Part shown: in pieces, positions 56,828 through 64,000 of the stretch | Layout of the letters: each line of letters opens with the position of its first letter | Position numbering within the stretch: the first letter of the stretch is position 1 | Virus record (IMG/VR): IMGVR_UViG_2706796186_000001 | Span: 128,001-192,000 of that record | Length of the DNA: 64,000 nucleotides | Strand: one strand, 5' to 3' | From: a virus | Taxonomy: Duplodnaviria > Caudoviricetes | Program-made: the position numbers and the translations under genes | The notes under the pieces: generated by a model | Told to the model about the DNA's origin: nothing | Seen by the model: only the letters and a program-made list of their open reading frames with translations | The model's database searches: none

Positions 56828-57307
56828 ATGAACGTGTATTTCGATTACGATGACTCGCATATCCGGCAGTTGTGGGTTGATGCGTTTGACAGTATTCGTA
56901 TCGATTTGCAAGAGTATCTGCGAAATCAGATGCGTGAGTGCTCGCACACGGAATCGGTTGTTCTGGCGCAAACGTTGTTACAGCCCACCTATCAGGTGTT
57001 TTACAAACAACACGACACTGTGTTTCGGACGGTCGTGGAAAAGGAAGACTTAGACGCATCGGAGTATTCGTTTGAGCTTGACGATGAAGCATACCGGAAA
57101 CTCATCACCCAGAGTATCGAGGTGTCGGTTGTGGCAACGAAGAAGACGTGGAATGTCAGGACGTTGCCGGTGTTATTCGACCGGGATATCGTCTGCCAAA
57201 AAATCGAGGCCATTCTCTTCGAGCATTTGGATGAGTTTGTCATTGAGTTGGTTGGGTACATGGAAGCCTTTGTCAACGAACTGATAGAGCAACGTCGAAA
57301 TAAATAA
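56828..57307 (+). CDS. hypothetical acidic protein
   Basis: Last gene of the operon before the terminator. Confidence 0.65.
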   Translation: MNVYFDYDDSHIRQLWVDAFDSIRIDLQEYLRNQMRECSHTESVVLAQTLLQPTYQVFYKQHDTVFRTVVEKEDLDASEYSFELDDEAYRKLITQSIEVSVVATKKTWNVRTLPVLFDRDIVCQKIEAILFEHLDEFVIELVGYMEAFVNELIEQRRNK

Positions 57308-57350
57308 AAAGCCTACCTACTCCATCGGGAGTAGGTAGCTTTATTTTTTT
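57301..57350. terminator. bidirectional terminator (repeat copy 2)
   Basis: ctacctactcc-atcg-ggagtaggtag with A/T tracts. Confidence 0.85.
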
Positions 57351-58111
57351 TATTTTGAATTGGCCTTTAAGGCTTTCAGTCTATCCCCGGTCTGGCTTAA
57401 TGCTTGAATCAGCTCGTTGTTCTGTTTCATGAACAGACCAAACAGCTCAACCCAATCGGATGCCATGTCCAGCATCTTGACGATTTCAGCAGCGCACTGC
57501 GGATGTACCGGCGTTTCTGCTAACTCATCTGTGCTGGCACCGATGCTGGCAATCAGCTTATCGATATTGCGCTTGAGCTTTTCAGTAACCTCTTTGCTCA
57601 GTGCTTTGCTGCGGTTGAACGCCACATCAATCTCACCGGCATTGTGGAAGACCTTCTCAATCGGACGTTGGTCGACCGACGTTGTGGTGTAAGACGCAGC
57701 CAATTTCTTGACGAGGTCTTTCGGGTCAACGTTTTTGAGCGGGTATTTCAAATCTTTGAAGCGGAAACCGACAGGAACGGTAAGCATTCCTTTGTCATGG
57801 GTAAACGCAGCCAGTTGGCGGTTCACCGGTTCCAGCACGCCATCAATCAGGTTGTCCAGTACAGACCACACCGATTCCAGACGCTGGATATGGTCAATCA
57901 TGTACACGTTCAGACCCGGTGGTACGGTGACAAGCATCCCGGAGAAATGCAGGAACTTCTCTTGCTGCATCCATTTGGACATTGCCGACATGTCATCGTA
58001 GTTTGCCGGTTTGATTTCTTGTTCGCTTCCGTTGAACGTCTTAGGAAGCACAGCCGACACTTTCGAGGCAAAAGTAGAAAGCGCGGCAATCGGGTTCAGG
58101 TTCATTTTCAC
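57350..58111 (-). CDS. conserved phiKZ-like protein, probably virion (head) associated
   Basis: 253-aa helical ORF divergent from the UvsX operon; start is GTG 58111 or ATG 58105. Confidence 0.6.
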   Translation of the reverse strand: MKMNLNPIAALSTFASKVSAVLPKTFNGSEQEIKPANYDDMSAMSKWMQQEKFLHFSGMLVTVPPGLNVYMIDHIQRLESVWSVLDNLIDGVLEPVNRQLAAFTHDKGMLTVPVGFRFKDLKYPLKNVDPKDLVKKLAASYTTTSVDQRPIEKVFHNAGEIDVAFNRSKALSKEVTEKLKRNIDKLIASIGASTDELAETPVHPQCAAEIVKMLDMASDWVELFGLFMKQNNELIQALSQTGDRLKALKANSK

Positions 58112-58196
58112 CTCGGTGGAAGGGTAGGCTACATACTAAGTCTTTTTACGGTTAAGCCCTGTGTTATGTAGACGACTAACCCCTGAGGAATTGAAG

Positions 58197-58472
58197 ATGC
58201 AAATCAAAATGTTTACGCGTGCCTTGTCCGCGAAATTCGAACCTGAAATCTATTTCACCCCGCTGCGTAAGGATAATGAAGGCAATCGTGTTGTGGTTGG
58301 TCGTATCCTGAAATCAGAAACGCTGGCTGATGGTAAGCGTCAGTTGACCATCGAAATCGACGATCGTAACAAAAACCGTTTCAAAGACTTGGGCGAAGAA
58401 GCCTGGGTTGAGCAACACTTCGAACTGAATAACAAGCGTCGCCTGATGCTGCCTACCAAAAAACGCGCTTAA
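58197..58472 (+). CDS. small hypothetical protein
   Basis: ATG 58197 with RBS gagga. Confidence 0.65.
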   Translation: MQIKMFTRALSAKFEPEIYFTPLRKDNEGNRVVVGRILKSETLADGKRQLTIEIDDRNKNRFKDLGEEAWVEQHFELNNKRRLMLPTKKRA

Positions 58473-58484
58473 CGGAGTTACGAC

Positions 58485-59984
58485 ATGGCAGGTCCAGCAA
58501 AACAAGTCATGGGTGAGGTGATTCGCCCACGCTTTAACGTCTACACCATTATGGATCATGCGCTTGGTACGTATGTGAAAGGTGAAGACGGCCTCTACTA
58601 CCTGAACGGTGGTTTTGCCCACATCATGGGCTTTGCGGGTCGCGGTAACACCTTTAAGTCGACGCTGATGGATTTCTGCATCTTCCAGATGCTTATCCGT
58701 TATCGTGCTGCGTGGGGGTCGAAGTTCGATACCGAAGTCTCAGCAGCACTCGACCGTCTGGAGCAGGGCTATATCTCTGCACAGAACGCCAACGGTATCC
58801 ACGATGGGTCTTCTGTACTGAGCCTCATTGAAGAAGAACGTTATAACCTCGTGGGTTCTGACGTCATGCCGGGCGAAGAGTATTACGCCAACTACATCCG
58901 TGATGAAGTGGAAGGCCGCTTTAAAGCGTACATGGGCGGCAAGGGTGTGCGTGAAACGCCGTTCCCTGATCCGGTACGCAAACGCAATAAGACCATGAAC
59001 GACCCATGGTATTACTCCATCGACTCCCTGTCTGAGTGGCACTCGTCTAAAATTGAAGACAAGCACTCTGAAACCAAAGTCGGTGATTCAGAGCAGAACG
59101 CCCTGAACATGCGTGACTCACTGGAGAAATCCAACATGATGTCACGTTGGCCGTCAGCGCTGGCTCGTGGTGGCTTCTTCTTAGCCTTCGTTGCGCAGCT
59201 GGCTGATGACTCCGGTAAAGCAATGTCGCAGGGCGGCAAAGGCGCGAAGCCTGCTAACGCCAAACTGCTGGATGATGCGGGCGATGATCTGAAATTCGCG
59301 GGCATCCCACGTCGTCAAATTTCCTTCCTGACCAACTCCCTGCTGGTTGCGACCAAGTCGGGTGAGCTGAAACATGAAGGTAGCTACGACGCGAAGACCG
59401 GCGTCAACGAAGAGTTGTACCCGACCAAACGTTCGAAGGCGATGAACGCCTCGGTGAACGACCTGAAAGAAATCGTCTTCACACAGTATCGTGCGAAGGG
59501 CGGCCATACCGGTGTGAAATTCCGTATGGTGTTCTCTCAGGAGATGGGTCTGCTGTATCACCTCTCACTGTGGCATTACCTCGATAAGGTACTGAAAACC
59601 GAATACGGTTACACCAGTGCTGGTTCAGGTGGCGCTATCAAAGAGCTGGCGATTCTGCCGGGTCTCAAGTTCGGCCGTACGACGATTCGTGACCTCTGCG
59701 ATGAGAACGTGCGTCTGCGTCGTGCACTGGAAATTACCGCTGCGCTGGCGTACATGCAGAACAACTACCACCGTCTGGAAATGAAGTATCACATCTCTCC
59801 TCAGGAATTGTATGAGAAGATCAACGAAAAGTGGGACTGGGACGAGATTCTGGATAACACCGTTGAGTATTGGATGTTCAAAGACCAGGAAGTCAAAGGT
59901 GGTAAACGCACACTGACAGCAATGAGTCTGCTGGCAATGGCGGTGGATGGTCTGGAACCGAAGTTCTTAACCAAGAAAAAGTAA
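58485..59984 (+). CDS. uvsX: UvsX/RecA-like recombinase (phiKZ-type)
   Basis: Walker A GRGNTFKST, DTE, Walker B SIDSLS, AFVAQL; context beside the vRNAP subunit gene. Confidence 0.75.
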   Translation: MAGPAKQVMGEVIRPRFNVYTIMDHALGTYVKGEDGLYYLNGGFAHIMGFAGRGNTFKSTLMDFCIFQMLIRYRAAWGSKFDTEVSAALDRLEQGYISAQNANGIHDGSSVLSLIEEERYNLVGSDVMPGEEYYANYIRDEVEGRFKAYMGGKGVRETPFPDPVRKRNKTMNDPWYYSIDSLSEWHSSKIEDKHSETKVGDSEQNALNMRDSLEKSNMMSRWPSALARGGFFLAFVAQLADDSGKAMSQGGKGAKPANAKLLDDAGDDLKFAGIPRRQISFLTNSLLVATKSGELKHEGSYDAKTGVNEELYPTKRSKAMNASVNDLKEIVFTQYRAKGGHTGVKFRMVFSQEMGLLYHLSLWHYLDKVLKTEYGYTSAGSGGAIKELAILPGLKFGRTTIRDLCDENVRLRRALEITAALAYMQNNYHRLEMKYHISPQELYEKINEKWDWDEILDNTVEYWMFKDQEVKGGKRTLTAMSLLAMAVDGLEPKFLTKKK

Positions 59985-59990
59985 TCTGTT

Positions 59991-60010
59991 GTGGCGGGGC
60001 AACCCGCCAC
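59991..60010 (+). promoter_or_regulatory. GNRA-loop hairpin without a U tract, just before an RBS
   Basis: gtggcggg-gcaa-cccgccac, then gaggag and ATG 60025. Confidence 0.5.
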
Positions 60011-60024
60011 TTGAGGAGCAACCC

Positions 60025-60306
60025 ATGCGTTATCAAAATGATATTGTCGAGCGGTTGCGTCAAGGTATTGCAGCAGTAAATCGTGAGGTGAGTGATCAGC
60101 TGGTTGTTGAGCTGAGTAAACCCCACCACAACCTCTCCGATTTTGCACAGTGTACGAATCAATTCTACACCAAGCTGCTCGGTACAAACGGCGCTAACCA
60201 AAACACGTTCAGTATTCCTGAGAATACGGATGCTATCCCTTTCTGGATTGAAGATCTGGAATCCGCAGTCTTGCCTGTCCTGCGTGTCGCGGGGGCAATG
60301 CAATGA
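60025..60306 (+). CDS. hypothetical protein
   Basis: ATG 60025 with RBS gaggag. Confidence 0.65.
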   Translation: MRYQNDIVERLRQGIAAVNREVSDQLVVELSKPHHNLSDFAQCTNQFYTKLLGTNGANQNTFSIPENTDAIPFWIEDLESAVLPVLRVAGAMQ

Positions 60307-60971
60307 AATTAGATCCTGCGCGCCGCAAGAAAGCCGAAGCGTTTATCTATCAGCTGTTAACACTCATCGACCCGTCAGGGATTAACACCGAAGCCGCGAA
60401 AGCGTCCCTACCGGGGTTAAGCGACGAAGACTTTAACAAGCTACGCCACGGCATTCCGATTTATAACCCGGCGGGCAGTAAGGTGCAAATCGACCACATG
60501 CGCAACGTAGAAATCTGTCGTGCGTTGGGGTTAGAGTTGTGCCAGCGTCTGTACTTTACGGAACCGAAGACGGGCTTAGTGCACCGAACTCGTTGGCCGC
60601 ATATTGTCGTACCCTTACCGGTGCGCCGACAGACGCAGATGCGAGAAAAGAAAATTGCTGTTGCGAAGAACGACCGTGTTCGCGACAAACTCTCTGGCCA
60701 AGTGGTCGGCCCATCCAAAGCGTCTGGGGTATCCTTCCCTGAGTCGTACATTATGTTCTCGGATGGTCTGGACAATAGCTTGGAAGAGTTCTTGCATGCG
60801 CGTGGAGGGAATGAAGCACTACAACGTGCGTTCTACCAATCCATCCGACAAACTGGCCAAGGCCGTATCAAGATACCCGGTGCCGAACGCACCTCCAGTA
60901 AAGCCACTCGTACGTGGAGTGCCTATTACAAAGCCATGGGTATCGGTAACAACATAGGTTCCCCGCAATGA
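60303..60971 (+). CDS. virion RNA polymerase beta-subunit C-terminal fragment (phiKZ gp149-like)
   Basis: RRQTQMREKK..RDKLSGQVVGPSKASGVSFPE...LEEFLHARGG aligns in pattern with the RpoB C-terminal QP-x-G-K...GEME...L-x-E-x-L region. Confidence 0.7.
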   Translation: MKLDPARRKKAEAFIYQLLTLIDPSGINTEAAKASLPGLSDEDFNKLRHGIPIYNPAGSKVQIDHMRNVEICRALGLELCQRLYFTEPKTGLVHRTRWPHIVVPLPVRRQTQMREKKIAVAKNDRVRDKLSGQVVGPSKASGVSFPESYIMFSDGLDNSLEEFLHARGGNEALQRAFYQSIRQTGQGRIKIPGAERTSSKATRTWSAYYKAMGIGNNIGSPQ

Positions 60972-61696
60972 GAACAGGACGTCGCTATCTGGTAGATATA
61001 GATACACTTTTCGACACCCGCTTAGGTTGGGCGAAGGTCATTGCACCCGAGGCGTTAGAGAAGCTCGAGTTAGATGCTTTTCGTAAACGTCACACCGATA
61101 TCTGGGCAGAAGCGATTGGTATCCAAAACTGGTCCGAACAACTCAAACAACGTGACAAGCGCGCGTTGTTCCTGTCAGACCCGACAGAGTTTCTGTTAGG
61201 TTTGAAGAATCAGGTGCTCGTTGACTTGACCACATTAGTAATGTCGTCGCCTATTGACCGACCGACTGTTACGATTAACATGTGGCCTTACACCGACCTC
61301 ACGGCTGAACAATCGGATGCGTTCTTGCAGAACTTCCGTCAGCTGTACAACGAGGTTAAGGTGGACATGGTCTATATCGATCACAAAGATCTTTCACCTG
61401 GACGTCTCGACAGCATGTGGGACATCTGGTACATGTTCGACTGGTTTAATTGGGTCACTGTCCACGCGGGAAATTTTGCGAAAAAAATACCCCAGTTTAA
61501 AATCCACCCGCCAGCGTTGCTGACGGACGGACTTACGACTGAGGCGATTGAAGCGATAGAGCGCGACGGGGTCAATCCGTTCAGTGCCTTGACACGGTTC
61601 ATGGAAGAACTGGTCACTATCGATCCGGTGGATGCCCGGCTGTATTCTATTCTTCGTCCCCTGAATTCCCCGGACGAGCAAACGCCACAGCCATAA
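60968..61696 (+). CDS. conserved jumbo-phage protein (N-terminal DxD, HAD-like)
   Basis: ATGA overlap; YLVDIDTLFDTRLG. Confidence 0.6.
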   Translation: MRTGRRYLVDIDTLFDTRLGWAKVIAPEALEKLELDAFRKRHTDIWAEAIGIQNWSEQLKQRDKRALFLSDPTEFLLGLKNQVLVDLTTLVMSSPIDRPTVTINMWPYTDLTAEQSDAFLQNFRQLYNEVKVDMVYIDHKDLSPGRLDSMWDIWYMFDWFNWVTVHAGNFAKKIPQFKIHPPALLTDGLTTEAIEAIERDGVNPFSALTRFMEELVTIDPVDARLYSILRPLNSPDEQTPQP

Positions 61697-62111
61697 TGGC
61701 ATTCACGTCAATCTTTTCGCCAACGGGTGCCAGCTCGCCTTCTTTGTGTTCCTGTTTGGGGACGTTAGGAAGCGCGGGTTGGTACCCGGTGTTTTCTTCG
61801 CTGTTATCGTCGTGACGTTGGATACGCACACCCGGACGACCAAGCACGACCGAGTTCAGTGCATTGGCCACGTCTTGTGCAGCTCCGGCTGTTTTCTGGG
61901 CAGCGTCGGCACGACGTTTACCGAGGATTTGTCTGTCGACACCCGACAGCATTTTCTCAAGGGAGTTGACGAGGTCTTTGTCCTTGTGGACACTCTCGTC
62001 TTCCATGATGAGGTTAGCCACGCGAATACGGGCTTGACGGGTTTGGCGGAGAAGCGACTCTTCGTCATCAACATCTCCGTCGAAGGCTTGGTACTTCACT
62101 TCTTCGCTCAT
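61647..62111 (-). CDS. hypothetical protein
   Basis: RBS gagga; convergent 50-nt overlap with 60968..61696. Confidence 0.65.
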   Translation of the reverse strand: MSEEVKYQAFDGDVDDEESLLRQTRQARIRVANLIMEDESVHKDKDLVNSLEKMLSGVDRQILGKRRADAAQKTAGAAQDVANALNSVVLGRPGVRIQRHDDNSEENTGYQPALPNVPKQEHKEGELAPVGEKIDVNAIMAVAFARPGNSGDEE

Positions 62112-62136
62112 GGGTATTCCTCTTTTTAAAAAAGAA

Positions 62137-62161
62137 CTCAGACAGATATTATCTTGATGAG
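62137..62161 (+). promoter_or_regulatory. putative early promoter
   Basis: ctcagacagatattatcttgatgag preceded by an A tract. Confidence 0.65.
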
Positions 62162-62185
62162 ATTATCTCAACTAAGGATCAACTT

Positions 62186-62719
62186 ATGTTGTTCGAATGG
62201 CTCACGTTTCCTTTAAAGCGATACGCCCATAAGCGGCGTAGAAGCTATTTAGAGGCCGAGTTCCATAAGAATACCCAGAATACTTATCAGAGGGTCCTAA
62301 TAGGCTTAGCGTTGCTTACAGAACCTCTGGAGTATAACGGTAATACTTACCGTAGTATTGACCTGATGGGTAATCTGGAACTCCGGTGTAAAAGCTTCGA
62401 TATTGTTCATCAGCGGTTTGCCTTTCTGCTGCGTGAATACGATCGGGTGCTAAACACCACTGGACGCAATCCAGACTGGAGTCCCTATCCTGCGGTGATT
62501 GACACCCAACAGGATAAACCGATGTTGCGTTGGTTCGATGAGTATTTCGGAACAAGCAGCACGGATGTCGTACGGCAGAAGTTACGTCGAACGTACGAAT
62601 TGTTAGAGACTTATCGAGACGTATACAGCAGTAAAACCAATCCAGAACAAGATGTGCTGTTTAACCTGACGCGCCATCTCGTTCGTGAGTTAGAGACCAT
62701 AGTGGAACACTACCTCTAA
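62186..62719 (+). CDS. hypothetical protein
   Basis: RBS aagga. Confidence 0.65.
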   Translation: MLFEWLTFPLKRYAHKRRRSYLEAEFHKNTQNTYQRVLIGLALLTEPLEYNGNTYRSIDLMGNLELRCKSFDIVHQRFAFLLREYDRVLNTTGRNPDWSPYPAVIDTQQDKPMLRWFDEYFGTSSTDVVRQKLRRTYELLETYRDVYSSKTNPEQDVLFNLTRHLVRELETIVEHYL

Positions 62720-62750
62720 TCCGTTCATCTCCTTGGAACAAGGGCGAACT

Positions 62751-63593
62751 ATGAGTAAGAAAAATAGCAAGTTGAAAAAGTTGCTGGCAGAAGGCGTCCC
62801 AGACGATACCCCCATTGGGATATACCTTCGTACAGCATACTGGAATCTCGTGAAACACGAAATGCGTTTAGCTCCGGTGGACTGGATGGTGTTGTTGAAA
62901 GCGTACGTGGCGGATGAACGCTTCGTGGGTCGTTCAACAGCAGAGCCAAAGGAGCGTGAAAGTCGGCTGATTAACGCCTTAACCGGTGGCTCGGTAAGGG
63001 GTGTCAGTGTGGACTTCACTTGGGTGCGGTTCATTGAAAGTTTGGTGATGTTGCGCATCGAAACGTTAACGTTAACTGCGAAAGCAACCCGTGGTAAGTT
63101 TGGGGCAGCGAAGATCGTGCACGCTTCCTGTAATCCCAAACAAGAACTGCTGCGGATTGTGGACGGGGAAATGGACGAAGACCTGAAAGGGTCGGCGAGT
63201 CAAACGTTAAACGCGTTCTTCAAAGACCGGCAGCGTACAGCGTCGCAGGTCATGGAGCACATCTTACTCAAAGTCTTATGGAGCTTCTTTGTTGAATACA
63301 ACATCGACTCTGAGATGTGGCGCAAACTGTCAACGGCTTATGTTAATAACCCGAAGAACTGTCCGGCGCTGTCTAACCGGCGCAACGACAAACGACACAA
63401 TCTGCAATCGGCTATTCGTTACACGAAGAAGATTTCTTGGAAGAAGTTCCTTGAAGCGCTGAAAGCGATTGATGTTCGTGAGTTTCGTTGTGCGTTCTTG
63501 TGTACCAACGACAAGAACCAGTCCTTCGAGACAGAAATCGTCGTTGACCTAACCCAACTCGTTTTCTGGAGTAACCGCAATGAGTCTGAATAA
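62751..63593 (+). CDS. conserved protein with an internal two-domain duplication
   Basis: Repeated W..L..AYV...R..L..A....(T/S)W..F.E.L pattern in both halves; basic. Confidence 0.65.
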   Translation: MSKKNSKLKKLLAEGVPDDTPIGIYLRTAYWNLVKHEMRLAPVDWMVLLKAYVADERFVGRSTAEPKERESRLINALTGGSVRGVSVDFTWVRFIESLVMLRIETLTLTAKATRGKFGAAKIVHASCNPKQELLRIVDGEMDEDLKGSASQTLNAFFKDRQRTASQVMEHILLKVLWSFFVEYNIDSEMWRKLSTAYVNNPKNCPALSNRRNDKRHNLQSAIRYTKKISWKKFLEALKAIDVREFRCAFLCTNDKNQSFETEIVVDLTQLVFWSNRNESE

Positions 63594-64000
63594 ACTGGGC
63601 GGGTTTTCTAACTCGCTTGAAAGCAAAGCGAGCGGTGCGATCGACCGGGTCAACAATGTCCAAAACGCGGCGGTGAATACTGTCAATAATGTACAGAACG
63701 GGGTGAACAACGCCGTTAACACTGTACAGAACACCGTAGACAGTGCAGAGCGGGGGATTCAATCCGCTCAGAACCTCTACAACGACAGTGTGGAAAAAGC
63801 CGGGAAAGCCTACGACAGTCTGACCAGTGGGGCCAGCACTATCAAGGAGAAACTCGGCAACCTGTTTGGAGGTAGCGACTTAGCCACTTCTAACGCGGTC
63901 AAGGCACCGGGATCGGCAGCATCGGGGACATCGCCCGGTAGCCGTATCGCAGGCTTTTCAACCGATCCGAAAGAAACGCTTCCGAGCATCAACCCATTAA
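63580..64000 (+). CDS. 5' part of a protein running off the window (low-complexity VNNVQN repeats)
   Basis: ATG 63580 with RBS ggag; open to the window end. MSLNKLGGFSNSLESKASGAIDRVNNVQNAAVNTVNNVQNGVNNAVNTVQN... Confidence 0.7.
   Translation, partial: MSLNKLGGFSNSLESKASGAIDRVNNVQNAAVNTVNNVQNGVNNAVNTVQNTVDSAERGIQSAQNLYNDSVEKAGKAYDSLTSGASTIKEKLGNLFGGSDLATSNAVKAPGSAASGTSPGSRIAGFSTDPKETLPSINPL

Noticed and set aside
1-64000. Stop-codon reassignment (TAG recoding)
   Set aside because: Long genes are intact under the standard code, and several genes end in TAG followed directly by the next RBS and start.
1-64000. tRNA/rRNA genes, integrase, transposase, introns/inteins, reverse transcriptase/DGR
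   Set aside because: I recognised none by eye. Intergenic gaps are short and mostly explained by terminators and promoters; a tRNAscan/Rfam run would be needed for certainty.

Overview
This window is a 64-kb segment of a phiKZ-like (nucleus-forming, Chimalliviridae-type) jumbo phage, probably with an enterobacterial host. Support: a split virion RNA polymerase beta fragment, divergent UvsX/RecA, RNase H, an SbcC-like ATPase, phiKZ-type virion paralogue families, TATATTAC-like early promoters and a BhsA/DUF1471 gene. The left half (1-30.7 kb) is late/structural: a duplicated three-gene virion cassette, DUF1353, a GH108 lysin, three giant tail-fibre paralogues plus a short coiled-coil fibre, and a baseplate spike. 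The right half is mostly early/accessory genes (paralogue arrays, secreted Cys-pair proteins, ART-like, macrodomain, GNAT, SLT, spanin-like pair, nucleases) interleaved with core genes. The standout is a terminator-bounded eight-gene operon (9040-14369, minus strand) directly downstream of the tail fibres. It encodes three Cys/Ser/Gly CXXX-repeat proteins with a shared ~50-aa leader, two radical SAM enzymes (one SPASM), two unknown proteins and a DUF4376-like fibre-assembly protein. It looks like a RiPP-type modification system that may act on a virion component. All family names come from motif recognition, not database searches.
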